Below are positions 48,362 through 57,841 of a DNA stretch of 64,000 nt, in pieces. Within the stretch, counting starts at the first letter, position 1. Each line of letters opens with the position of its first letter. Position numbers and translations under genes: made by a program. The DNA lies in assembly GCA_027002825.1 (NCBI GenBank), contig JALWZG010000018.1, positions 2,661 to 66,660 on the forward strand. Reading direction: 5' to 3'. The stretch is from a candidate division WOR-3 bacterium. GTDB lineage: Bacteria; Hydrothermota; Hydrothermia; LBFQ01. The notes beneath the pieces were generated by a model. It was not told the origin of the DNA and did no database searches. It was given only the letters and a program-made list of their open reading frames with translations.

Positions 48362-50389
48362 CTAACCTATCTCGCTCCCCGGTGGCACCTCCCTCTCTAC
48401 GGTCAGGAGTACGGGGTTGCCCTCCTCGTCATGGGCTGCCAAGAGCATCCCGTCGGAGACGACCCCGCGGAGTTTCTTCTTCTTGAGGTTGGCCACCACC
48501 ACTATGTACTTACCGGGCAACTCCTCCGGCTTATACACGTGGCCTATGCCCGCAACCAGAGTCCTCCTCTCGTCCCCAAGGTCTACGGTCAGTTTGAGGA
48601 GCTTGTCGGTCTTGGGTATCCTCTCGGCCTCCAAGATTTTGGCCACGCGGAGTTTCACCTTGGCGAAGTCCTCGTACTTGATGCGGGGTTCCTCCCTCTT
48701 GTCGCCGGCCGTAGCCCTCTCGTACCTCTTCTTCAACTCCTCCTCCCATCCCCTTATCACCTTCTCCTCCACCTTCCGGTAGAGGGGTTTGCTCTCCTTT
48801 ACGGGGTGTCCGGCGAGGGAGGGGTCGGGTTTCACCAGACTTTGGAAGGAGGTATCCGGAAGGTCCATGTACTCCCAGAGCCTCTTTACGGATGAGGGGA
48901 CGTAGGGGTAGAAAAGGGCGGACAGGCCCTTCAAGATTTGGAAAGCGACGTAGAGGACGGTCTTCGCCCTCTCTGGGTCCTCCTTCCGGAGTTTCCACGG
49001 CGCCTGATGCTCGTAGTAGCGGTTGGCCTCCGCACCGAGCTTGACGGCCTCACGGAGGGCCAGCCTTATCTCGTACCGGAGCAGGAGGTCCTCGTATTTC
49101 CTAACCGTCTCCTCAAGGAGGCGGAGCATGGCCTCGTCCTCCCCCTTAAGTTGGCCCGGATGGGGGACCTTCCCGCCCATGTACCGGTTTATGAAGGAGA
49201 GGACCCTCTGGGCGAAGTTCCCGAAGTTATCCACCAGCTCGGCGTTCGTCCGGGTGAAGGCGTCCCTGACGTTGAAGTCGCTGTCGTCCTTCTCCGGGAT
49301 GTACAGGGCTACGGCGTAGCGGGCTATGTCCTGGCCGACGGACTCCACCAGCTCGTCCGCCCATATGGCGTACCCGCGGGAGGTTGAGAGCTTGCGGCCC
49401 TGTAGGTTTAGGAAGGCGTTGGCCGGCACCTCCGTAGGGAGGATGTAGTCCCCGTGGGCGTAGAGCATGGCCGGCCAGATCACCGTATGGAAGACTATGT
49501 TGTCCTTGCCAATGAAATGGACGAGGACGGTATCCTCGTCCGTCCAGTAGGGTTTCCACGCCTCCGGATCCCCCTTCACCTCCTCAGCCCACTCCATCGT
49601 GGCGGAGATGTAGCCTATGGGGGCCTCAAACCAGACGTACATCACCTTCCCCTCGGCATCGTAGTCGTTGAGGGGGATGGGAATACCCCAGTCCAGATCC
49701 CTCGTTATCGCCCTGTCCCTAAGCTCGTCTATCCAAGATAGGGCGAACTCCTTAACGAAGGGCTTCCAGTCCTTGGAGGAAACGTACTCCCTTAGAGGCT
49801 CCTTCAGGGCGGAGAGCTTGAAGAACCAGTGGACGGTCTCCTTCAGGACCACCGGCTCCCCCGTTAAGGCCGACCTCGCCTCCTTCAGGTCCTCCGGGTC
49901 TATCTGCCTACCGCACTTCTCGCACTGGTCCCCCCTCGCCTCCGGATAACCGCAGTAGGGACACGTACCGATGACGTACCTGTCGGGTAGGAACCTACCG
50001 CTCTTGGGGTCGTAGAACTGCTTCATCTTGGCCTTGTACAAGTACCCCTTCTCGTGGAGCCTTAGGAAGAACCTCTGGGCGTTCTCGTAGTGTATGGGAC
50101 GGGTGGTCCGGGAGAAGTGGTCAAACTCTATACCGAACTTGGAGAAGTCGCTCTTTATCCTCTCGTGATACCTATCAACCAGCTCCTTCGGGGATACCCC
50201 CTCCTTCAAGGCCCTAAGGGTAATGGCGACGCCATGCTCGTCCGTCCCGCAGATGTGTATTACGTCCTCCCCCTTCAGCCTTAGAAATCGGGTGAAGATG
50301 TCGGCGGGCAGGTAGGCTCCTGCCAAATGCCCTATGTGGATAGGCCCGTTGGCGTACGGAAGGGCGCTGGTTATCATGTACCTTTTCAC
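48362..50389 (-). CDS. metG: Methionyl-tRNA synthetase with C-terminal tRNA-binding (EMAP/Trbp111-like) domain
   Basis: HIGH (PIHIGHLAGA), KMSKS-variant (KLSTSRG), Zn knuckle CPYCGY...CEKCG, C-terminal KVAKILEAERIPKTDKLLKLTVDLG. Confidence 0.95.
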   Translation of the reverse strand: MKRYMITSALPYANGPIHIGHLAGAYLPADIFTRFLRLKGEDVIHICGTDEHGVAITLRALKEGVSPKELVDRYHERIKSDFSKFGIEFDHFSRTTRPIHYENAQRFFLRLHEKGYLYKAKMKQFYDPKSGRFLPDRYVIGTCPYCGYPEARGDQCEKCGRQIDPEDLKEARSALTGEPVVLKETVHWFFKLSALKEPLREYVSSKDWKPFVKEFALSWIDELRDRAITRDLDWGIPIPLNDYDAEGKVMYVWFEAPIGYISATMEWAEEVKGDPEAWKPYWTDEDTVLVHFIGKDNIVFHTVIWPAMLYAHGDYILPTEVPANAFLNLQGRKLSTSRGYAIWADELVESVGQDIARYAVALYIPEKDDSDFNVRDAFTRTNAELVDNFGNFAQRVLSFINRYMGGKVPHPGQLKGEDEAMLRLLEETVRKYEDLLLRYEIRLALREAVKLGAEANRYYEHQAPWKLRKEDPERAKTVLYVAFQILKGLSALFYPYVPSSVKRLWEYMDLPDTSFQSLVKPDPSLAGHPVKESKPLYRKVEEKVIRGWEEELKKRYERATAGDKREEPRIKYEDFAKVKLRVAKILEAERIPKTDKLLKLTVDLGDERRTLVAGIGHVYKPEELPGKYIVVVANLKKKKLRGVVSDGMLLAAHDEEGNPVLLTVEREVPPGSEIG

Positions 50390-50434
50390 GGCGTGGATTG
50401 TAAGGCGGAAACCGTTCCCTCTTAAAATACACGG

Positions 50435-51268
50435 TTGTTTTTGCTTTTGGACAAGCCTGAGGGTTGGACCTCAAGGAAAGCCTTAAACGTCGTTCAGAAA
50501 AGGCTTAAGGTGCGGGGAGGGTACGAAGGGACGCTGGACCCCTTTGCCAGCGGTCTTCTCCTCGTGGCCGTGGGAAGGTATACGAGGTTTTTGCAGTTCT
50601 TCGCGCCCCTTCTGAAGGAGTACGTGGCCGTTTTGGAGCTCGGAAGGGAAACCGACACCCTGGACAGCGAGGGGGAGGTTGTGGCCGAAGCCCCCGTGCC
50701 GGATCTCTCCGAGGAAAGGGTGAGGGAGGTCCTCAGGGGGTTTACGGGTGAGATAGAGCAGATCCCCCCCAGGTACTCCGCCATCAGGATCTCCGGGAGG
50801 AGGGCGTACGATCTCGCCCGAAGGGGTGAGGAATTCACGCTGAAGCCCAGAAGGGTCTTTGTTGAGAGCATGGATTTGCTTTTCCTTGAGGGGAACCGCC
50901 TGGGGTTCAGGTGCAGGGTCGGTAGGGGAACCTATGTCAGGGCGCTCGGAAGGGACATAGCCCGCGCCTTGGGGAGTGTGGGTCATCTCGTCTCCCTGAG
51001 ACGCACGGCCATAGGGGATTTGGAGGTGCGGCGGGCAAAACACCCGCATGAGGTCAAGGGGGAGGACATCCTCCCCGTGGAAGAGGTGCTTTACTGGATG
51101 GACGCCTATCACCTGACCGGAAGGTGGGCGGAGAGGTTCCTAAAGGGTGGAAAGGTCCCTGTGGACGCTCCGGATGGACTCTACAGGGTTTATGTGGGAG
51201 GAGAGTTCGTGGGCATAGGTGAATCCTCGGGGGGATACCTGAAACCGAGGAGGTTGCTCCCGGTGTGA
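50435..51268 (+). CDS. truB: tRNA pseudouridine-55 synthase TruB
   Basis: LLLDKPEGWTS...GGYEGTLDPFASGLLLV catalytic-Asp motif; PUA-like C-terminus. Confidence 0.9.
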   Translation: MFLLLDKPEGWTSRKALNVVQKRLKVRGGYEGTLDPFASGLLLVAVGRYTRFLQFFAPLLKEYVAVLELGRETDTLDSEGEVVAEAPVPDLSEERVREVLRGFTGEIEQIPPRYSAIRISGRRAYDLARRGEEFTLKPRRVFVESMDLLFLEGNRLGFRCRVGRGTYVRALGRDIARALGSVGHLVSLRRTAIGDLEVRRAKHPHEVKGEDILPVEEVLYWMDAYHLTGRWAERFLKGGKVPVDAPDGLYRVYVGGEFVGIGESSGGYLKPRRLLPV

Positions 51269-51293
51269 TATTCTCCCTTAAACTCGCTTCTTC

Positions 51294-52160
51294 ATGAGCA
51301 GGATATACACCGTTTTGGTAGGGATAGTTTCCCTGTCGGCCGGTATTTTTATCGGGGCGATAGCGGCTCAGTACTTCAGGGGTGAGACGAGAACACCCAC
51401 ACAGGAATCCGAAACCCCAAAGCTCCCGTTTGAGATCGATACACTTGAGGTGATAGGTGATGTGGTCATAGCCAAGCAGGACCTTGAGGACTTACCGCAG
51501 ATTCCGGGGGTTGACAACACGAGGGATTTTCGGGACGCCCTTGAAAAGGCCGCCCTTTTTTACAACGCTGCAAAGGAAAAGGGGATTACGGAGGATCCGA
51601 AGGCGCAGAGGATGGTGTACTGGGCGGAAAAGGGTGTTTACGCCGACCTTTATTACCAGAGGTACATCCTTCCCCTGATAAGGGTTGACACCTCCTCCGT
51701 GGACAGCTTTTTGAAGGCGAACAGGGAAGTGTTCACGAAGGAAGTGGCCATGCTAACGGTTATCTTTAAAGATCCCAAGATGGCGGACACATTAAAGAAG
51801 CTACTGAAGGACGGCAGCTACGCTGCCAACCTGATGTTGGAGGAGTTCGCAAAACGTGGGAAGATAGTCCTGCAACCCTCCCCCTTCCAAAACCTGGGTC
51901 TGGCGAAGTTTGCCATGAGTGAGGAGGAGTTCAAAACCCTGAAAAACGCGAAGGTGGGGGATGTGGTGGGTCCGTTTCAGGTCGCCCCCGGAACGTACGC
52001 CGTATCAAAGATAGTGGAGATAAGGAGGGTCTCCCTCAAGGAGATCCCATCACAGGTCAGGTCTTTGGTTTACAACTACCTCCTGGACATGAGGCGCAGG
52101 GAGGTTGAGGACTCCGTAATAAAGGTCTTAAAAGAAAAGTTCACAGGGGGTGAGAGATGA
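51294..52160 (+). CDS. Membrane-anchored SurA-N/PpiD-like periplasmic chaperone (degenerate parvulin domain)
   Basis: N-terminal TM helix; SurA-N-like helical region; C-terminal parvulin-like block GDVVGPFQVAPGTYAVSKIVEIR; ATGA overlap with the next gene. Confidence 0.5.
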   Translation: MSRIYTVLVGIVSLSAGIFIGAIAAQYFRGETRTPTQESETPKLPFEIDTLEVIGDVVIAKQDLEDLPQIPGVDNTRDFRDALEKAALFYNAAKEKGITEDPKAQRMVYWAEKGVYADLYYQRYILPLIRVDTSSVDSFLKANREVFTKEVAMLTVIFKDPKMADTLKKLLKDGSYAANLMLEEFAKRGKIVLQPSPFQNLGLAKFAMSEEEFKTLKNAKVGDVVGPFQVAPGTYAVSKIVEIRRVSLKEIPSQVRSLVYNYLLDMRRREVEDSVIKVLKEKFTGGER

Positions 52161-53386
52161 TGCTGCTCCTGTTGTCGCAGCTGGACACCCTGGACAGGAT
52201 CGCGGCGGTCGTTGACGACAGGGCCATATGGCTCTCGGATGTGGATGAGAAGGTTCAGGTTTACGCCGTCATGTACGGTGTGCCACCCCAACAGCTCCCG
52301 CAGCTCAGGAGGGAGGTTCTCCAGCAGATGGTGGATATGGAACTCCTTTACCTCAAGGTGAAGGAGGATACGACGATCTCCGTTTCACAGGACGAGATAA
52401 ACCGCGCGGTTGACGTTCAGATCCAACAGATGAAGGGGCAGATGTCGGATGAGGAGTTTGAAAAGGTTTTGAAGGGTATGGGTTTCACACTTGACGGGTA
52501 CAGGCGCTACATAAGGGATGAGGTCAAAAAGACGCTCTACATCCAGAAGTACGTGGAGTTGAAGGTCAAACCGAACATAAGCGTTGACGAGAAGGAGCTG
52601 AAGGAGTTCTACGAGAGGGTGGCCGACTCCCTCGCCACACCCGGCGAGTACAAGCTCGCCGTCATCTCCCTCATGGTGAAACCTTCGGCGTCGGCCGAGC
52701 AGGATCACTACGAGAGGGCGAAGAGGATATACACCCAGCTCAAGAAGGGCGCCCTTTGGGAGGACATGGTGGCGAGGTTTTCGGACGACAGGGAGAGCGC
52801 GAGGAGGGGTGGGGACTTGGGCGTGGTTCCCAAAAACGCCCTCCCTCCCAACTTCGTAAAGGAGATAGAGAGGACACCGGAGGGTGGTATAACCAAGCCC
52901 CTGAGGGGACCGCAGGGTTATCACATATTCAAGGTCATAGCCAAGAGGGAGGACGCCTTCCTCCTATCCCACATCCTGATAAGGGTATCACCCTCGGAGA
53001 AGGACGTGCAGAAAACCCTCAGAAAGGCCGAGAGGATATTGAAAAAGATAAAGGCCGGACAGTCCTTTTCCCTCCTGGCCAAGAGATACTCCGAGGACCC
53101 GGTCTCCAAGGAGAACGGAGGTGAGCTGGGTTGGGTCAGCGAGCGTATGCTCCCACCGGATATAGTGGAGGCTCTCAAAAAGGCCGAGGTTGGTGATGTG
53201 GTGGGCCCAATAGTCTCACCCGACAGGACCATGGTGAACATCTTCAAAATCCTTGACCGGAGGGAGGGTGAGAGGCCCACACTGGAGCAGGTCAGACAGC
53301 TGCTCATAGCCAAAAAGGTGGAGGAGAGGTTGCAGGAGGTTATAGAGGAGGCAAAGAAGGACTACTACGTTAGGATTTATCTGTAG
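52157..53386 (+). CDS. SurA-like peptidyl-prolyl cis-trans isomerase with two parvulin domains
   Basis: Two rotamase modules (RRGGDLGVV...GYHIFKV and ENGGELGWV...MVNIFKI) after a SurA-N-like domain. Confidence 0.75.
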   Translation: MMLLLLSQLDTLDRIAAVVDDRAIWLSDVDEKVQVYAVMYGVPPQQLPQLRREVLQQMVDMELLYLKVKEDTTISVSQDEINRAVDVQIQQMKGQMSDEEFEKVLKGMGFTLDGYRRYIRDEVKKTLYIQKYVELKVKPNISVDEKELKEFYERVADSLATPGEYKLAVISLMVKPSASAEQDHYERAKRIYTQLKKGALWEDMVARFSDDRESARRGGDLGVVPKNALPPNFVKEIERTPEGGITKPLRGPQGYHIFKVIAKREDAFLLSHILIRVSPSEKDVQKTLRKAERILKKIKAGQSFSLLAKRYSEDPVSKENGGELGWVSERMLPPDIVEALKKAEVGDVVGPIVSPDRTMVNIFKILDRREGERPTLEQVRQLLIAKKVEERLQEVIEEAKKDYYVRIYL

Positions 53387-53397
53387 AATATCCGCCC

Positions 53398-54216
53398 ATG
53401 TGGATCTCAGAGGTAAAGGATCTGAAGGAGGGGAGTGAGGTAGCCTTTAAGGGGATCGTCCTAAAGAGGAAGGGGAAGTTCAGGTACAGGGTTTTTGACA
53501 GAAGCGGTGAGATATGGGTGGACAGCGATGATGACCTAATGGAGGGTAAGGTGTACCGGTTTGAAGGTGTGTTCAAAGGGGGGGTGGTCTTCGTGAGATC
53601 CGCCACGGAGCTCTTGGAGTACGACCTTAGGGATTTCCTCCCATTTGCGGAAAACCCACAAAAGAACGAGCGGAGGTTTTGGGAGGTCGTGGATGGTATT
53701 TCCGATCCCCGGATAAGGGGGTTCATAAAGTTCGTATTTGACCCCCTTTGGGGGGCCTTCAAAAAGGCCGTGGCCGCCAAGAAGTACCACCACGCTTACA
53801 TAGGTGGACTACTTGAGCATACGGCTAACGTAGCCCATATCGTGAAAAGCGTATCCGTCATCTACAGGGAGGAGAACGTCAGGGAGGATCTGGCCGTGGC
53901 CGGCGCCCTCCTCCACGACATAGGCAAGATATGGGAGCTCAAGATCTTTCCCAAGCTGGAATACCACGAGAAGTACGGCAAGTGGGGTCATATATTCATA
54001 GGGGCGGCCCTCGTGAGGGAGAAGGGGAGGGAGTTCGGCCTACCGGAGGATGTCTTGGTGGACCTGGTACATATAATCCTGGCCCATCACGGTGAGTACT
54101 CAAGGGGAAGTCCGGTAACCCCAAGGATTCCGGAGGCCACGCTTGTGCATCTCGCCGACAACATGGACGCCCAGATGAACCACGTCCTGAAGGGCGGGGA
54201 GAAGGAGAAGGGCTGA
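53398..54216 (+). CDS. OB-fold + HD-domain phosphohydrolase/3'-5' exoribonuclease-like protein (YhaM/Cbf1-like)
   Basis: N-terminal OB-fold-like beta region; HD motif block HHAYIGGLLEHT...LLHDIGK. Confidence 0.6.
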   Translation: MWISEVKDLKEGSEVAFKGIVLKRKGKFRYRVFDRSGEIWVDSDDDLMEGKVYRFEGVFKGGVVFVRSATELLEYDLRDFLPFAENPQKNERRFWEVVDGISDPRIRGFIKFVFDPLWGAFKKAVAAKKYHHAYIGGLLEHTANVAHIVKSVSVIYREENVREDLAVAGALLHDIGKIWELKIFPKLEYHEKYGKWGHIFIGAALVREKGREFGLPEDVLVDLVHIILAHHGEYSRGSPVTPRIPEATLVHLADNMDAQMNHVLKGGEKEKG

Positions 54217-55653
54217 TCACCAGAACACGTAAAGGCCGAAGGGATAGCGGATCTCCACCTCCCTTGAGACCTTGAACTCACCGCCCGGCTTCAGCTCCAC
54301 GTCCCAGAAGACAAGACCCTCCTCCCCCTCCCCATGGGGTTTCGGTTTAAAGGACACCTTCCTCAGCTCAACCTTACCCTCGGTGAAGGGTTTCCTGACG
54401 TATACCCTGACCTTGACGGACTTCCCCCTCTTGTTTTTCACCCGCACCTCGTGGGTCCTGCTCTCCACCACCCATCTGTCCTTTCCCCTCCCCTTCACCT
54501 TCCTCCTCTGGGAGATGAGGGAGAGCTCACCCCTGACAAAGGGGTCAAAACCCACGAAAAGCGTGTCCTCCGCACCGCGCTGCGCGCCCGCATACCCAAA
54601 GGTTGACACCATCTCACCCTCCAAGTAGACTTCGGATTCCCCAGGGGGCAGGTCCAGATCGGGGGTGAAGACGGCGCTTATGTAGGCCTTCTCCTCCACC
54701 TCGGGGTATATCTCCGTTATAAACCCGGCCCTGTACTCCCTTTTGAGCAACCGGATCTGGGCTTTGTCCCACGGTGGTATATCTATCCCCTCGGAGTACT
54801 CGTACCTCGTCGTCAGAAACGTCATCACGGGCCTCACGTGTTGTCCCGTAGCCCCCGATTCAAGGGGGGCTTGGAGGGGCATCTTTTCCATGAACGTCCT
54901 GGAGGGGGGAGGTGCGGGGCGTGGTCGCTCTCTCAAAACCCACCTGCTGTGTCGGGGCTTTCCACCCGGCGAGTAGAGGTTGCCCACGATCACAACCCTT
55001 TTCGCCCTCAGGGGGGAGGATGACCGGTTTATCAGGGTGGAGAAAACCTCCAGGGACACCTTATCCTCCCGCAGGGAGGTTCTGAATACGTATTTCGGAA
55101 TCCAACCTCCTCTCGGAAGCGTGTACCTTAGGTTAACCCTACCCCTTATCTTCCTGTCAAACACGACTTCAAGCGCCTTTGTCCTGACGATCACCTCTTT
55201 CAGTTTCCCGTCAACCTTTGAGAGCTCCTCCTTGAGGCTTTCTATTTCTTCCTCCAAGCTGTCAAGGATAACGGAGTTGGCGTAGAGCCTTGAGCTGAGA
55301 GAGAGGAGGGTTCTGGGAGGGAGCCTGACGTCCTTTTTCACATAGGAGTTTATGAGGTCGTTCTCGTAACTCAGCTGTTTCTTCCGTGCCTCAAGCCTTG
55401 ATAGGGCCTTCCGAAGCGCCCTCTTTTGAGAGAGGAGGCTGTCGTACAGGTGTGGGTTCCACGGAAGTGTGGTATCCCTCAGGGTGTGTTTGAGGACCTG
55501 TCCGACACCGGACGAGACCCTTACGTTGACGGCCTCGGACGGTATCCCCAGAACCTCAACCCTCTCCCTCCCCTTCACGTCCAGACTCCAGTAGAGGTTG
55601 AAACCGTTCAGATATACCACGGCGGAGTCCGCGTGGAGTGAGAACAGAACCAT
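54217..55653 (-). CDS. Hypothetical coiled-coil protein (DUF4140/DUF4139-like architecture)
   Basis: N-terminal beta region, central coiled coil, C-terminal basic beta-rich region ending ...FGLYVFW; family call tentative. Confidence 0.4.
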   Translation of the reverse strand: MVLFSLHADSAVVYLNGFNLYWSLDVKGRERVEVLGIPSEAVNVRVSSGVGQVLKHTLRDTTLPWNPHLYDSLLSQKRALRKALSRLEARKKQLSYENDLINSYVKKDVRLPPRTLLSLSSRLYANSVILDSLEEEIESLKEELSKVDGKLKEVIVRTKALEVVFDRKIRGRVNLRYTLPRGGWIPKYVFRTSLREDKVSLEVFSTLINRSSSPLRAKRVVIVGNLYSPGGKPRHSRWVLRERPRPAPPPSRTFMEKMPLQAPLESGATGQHVRPVMTFLTTRYEYSEGIDIPPWDKAQIRLLKREYRAGFITEIYPEVEEKAYISAVFTPDLDLPPGESEVYLEGEMVSTFGYAGAQRGAEDTLFVGFDPFVRGELSLISQRRKVKGRGKDRWVVESRTHEVRVKNKRGKSVKVRVYVRKPFTEGKVELRKVSFKPKPHGEGEEGLVFWDVELKPGGEFKVSREVEIRYPFGLYVFW

Positions 55654-55654
55654 A

Positions 55655-56110
55655 TCAGTCCATCCTCCGGACGTCCTTAACCGCGGGACGCTTTACGTTG
55701 GGCTTTATGAAGATCTTCACGTTTATGAACTCCCCCTCGTCCCCCCTCGGTTTGAACTTCTTCAGCACCCTTAGCCCTCTCCTATCGTAGACTATGTGGC
55801 TCTTCGGCGACTTGTAAATGTCAAACTTCTTCTTGACGTGGGGTTTTCCCTTCCCGAGTTTTGCTATCCTCTGCTGGAGGGTGATGAAATGGGGGACCTT
55901 TTCACTCGGAACGATCTGCTCCAGTATGCGGGAGAGGGATCTGTAGCTGACCTGGAGAATGTCCTTTAAGGCGGCGGCAAAGGCTATAAGCCCTTTGCTG
56001 TACTTGAAGGGCCTACCGTCCTTGTTGCGGTTCATGAACACCAACTCGTTCATCCAACCCTCAACCAGGAACCTCGCAACGTGCAGCTCTACTTCTACCA
56101 TGCCCATCAT
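55655..56110 (-). mobile_element. Short basic ORF resembling only the N-terminal (DUF772-type) region of IS5/IS4-family DDE transposases; likely a transposase remnant or domesticated fragment
   Basis: GRPFKYSKGLIAFAAALKDILQVSYRSLSRILEQI parallels the conserved GRRPYPLETMLRI...LSDGAMEDAL N-terminal block of IS5 transposases; no DDE domain follows; 151 aa; stop 1 nt before the next gene's start. Confidence 0.3.
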
Positions 56111-56184
56111 TATGGGTATTTTAAAGAGGAAACGGAGGATTTTTGAGATTTGTGCAACATACGACTTTAAAATAAGCGGTTGCC

Positions 56185-56622
56185 ATGCGTGAAGAGGAGA
56201 AAAGGGATATAGAGAACAGGGTTGAAGCGATGGCTGAGAAGCTGGCGGAGGAGATGGGTTTCACCCTTGTGGACGTGGAGTGGAGGGGTGGTCTTCTCCG
56301 GGTCTTCATAGACAGGGAGGGGGGGATAACCATAAGGGAGGTTGAGAGGTTCTCAAGGGTGTTGTCCGACCTGCTTGACCGGGAGGACTTCATAGAGGAG
56401 TCCTACGTCCTGGAGGTATCCTCTCCCGGATTGGACAGGAGGCTTACAAAACCGCGCGAGCTGAACTGGGCCCTGGGAAGGAGGGTCATGGTCATCCTAA
56501 AGGACGGGACGACCTACAGGGGTGTTCTGGACTACTACAACGAGGAGGAGGAGGAGATCGGCGTGGGAGGCAGGTTTTTCAACCTGAAGGACGTGGCCAC
56601 TTTAAAACTTGACGAGATTTAA
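56185..56622 (+). CDS. rimP: Ribosome maturation factor RimP
   Basis: RimP-like sequence and conserved position immediately upstream of nusA-infB. Confidence 0.85.
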   Translation: MREEEKRDIENRVEAMAEKLAEEMGFTLVDVEWRGGLLRVFIDREGGITIREVERFSRVLSDLLDREDFIEESYVLEVSSPGLDRRLTKPRELNWALGRRVMVILKDGTTYRGVLDYYNEEEEEIGVGGRFFNLKDVATLKLDEI

Positions 56623-56635
56623 AAAGGAGGTGGGA

Positions 56636-57841
56636 ATGCAAATACGCCTGAACGAACTCAGACTTGCGCTTGAGGAATTCGCCAACAGGCATGGGGTGGA
56701 TTCCAAAAGGGTTGAAAAGGTGTTCCAGGCCGCCCTGAAACGCACGTTTGAGCATAAGTACCGCTACGCCCATCCCAAGCCCGAGGTGGACGTCCACGTG
56801 GATTTCATGCGCGGGGAGGTAAGGATAACCCTCAAGTACCCGGACAACGGAAAGGTTGAAACCCTGACGGCGGGAGACCTCACCATAGACGACGTGCACA
56901 CCCTCAAGAACTTCTTCGTCCAGATGATAAAATACGACGTCGTCAAGTCCAACTTGGAAAAGCTCACACCTTACATCGGGAAGATAGTATCCGGAAGGGT
57001 GCATAAGGTGGATCCGAAGAGAGGTGTTCTCATGGGCCTCAACCTGGACGACATAAACGTTGAGGGAAGGATAGAGCCGAGCGGAATGGTCAAGGGGGAG
57101 AACTACAAATCCGGTCAGGAGTTGGAGGCGGTTGTCCTTGGCGTTGAGGACAGGGTTTCCTATCCGGTTCTGCTCTCCAGGGCGCATCCGAACTTCGTGA
57201 GGGCGCTCCTTGAAAGGCTTCCCGAGGTGGCGGACGGCACCGTGCAGATAAAGGCCATAGCGAGGGAGGCCGGTGTCCTGACGAAGGTGGCCGTAATATC
57301 CACCGATCCCTTTGTCCCAGCCGTTGCCAGTCTCGTGGGAAAGAAGGGGACCCGGGCCCTGAGCATATGGAAACACCTGCCCAAAAACGAGGTGGTTGAA
57401 ATAGTGGAGTACGATCCGGATCGCGTCAGGTTTGCCGTCCTCGCCCTCTCACCGGCCCAAAACGCCGTGGCGGCCTACGAGACGGAGGATGAGATCCGCG
57501 TGTATTACGAGAATGAGGATGACCTCGGTAAGGCGAAGGGGAAGGAGGGTCTCAACGTCATACTCGCCTCAAGGCTTGTGGGTAAGAGGATCATGGCCCT
57601 GCCCATAGCGGAGTACGAGCCACCTGAGGAGGGTATAACCCTTCACGACCTGAAGGAGAAGCTCCCGCCGCAGATTTATGAAAAGATGAAGCGGGCCTCC
57701 CTTCTGTACTTCAAGAAGGTTCCGCCCCTGGTCCACGTGCAGAAGGCGATAGACGTGGACGAGGCGACGGCGATAAGGGTTCTGGACATAATAGAGGAGG
57801 CCTTAAGCGAAAGGAAAGGTAAAGGAGGTGTAAATGAGTAA
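56636..57841 (+). CDS. nusA: Transcription termination/antitermination factor NusA (start at M10 of the track ORF, behind an AGGAGG Shine-Dalgarno)
   Basis: NusA N-terminal domain, S1 and two KH domains; AAAAGGAGGTGGGAATG start context; rimP stop lies upstream. Confidence 0.9.
   Translation: MQIRLNELRLALEEFANRHGVDSKRVEKVFQAALKRTFEHKYRYAHPKPEVDVHVDFMRGEVRITLKYPDNGKVETLTAGDLTIDDVHTLKNFFVQMIKYDVVKSNLEKLTPYIGKIVSGRVHKVDPKRGVLMGLNLDDINVEGRIEPSGMVKGENYKSGQELEAVVLGVEDRVSYPVLLSRAHPNFVRALLERLPEVADGTVQIKAIAREAGVLTKVAVISTDPFVPAVASLVGKKGTRALSIWKHLPKNEVVEIVEYDPDRVRFAVLALSPAQNAVAAYETEDEIRVYYENEDDLGKAKGKEGLNVILASRLVGKRIMALPIAEYEPPEEGITLHDLKEKLPPQIYEKMKRASLLYFKKVPPLVHVQKAIDVDEATAIRVLDIIEEALSERKGKGGVNE

Noticed and set aside
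55655-56110. Possibility that the small basic ORF near infB is a Cas or defence protein servicing the orphan array
   Set aside because: It lies 35 kb from the array and has no nuclease or RRM motifs. The best resemblance is to a transposase N-terminal domain.
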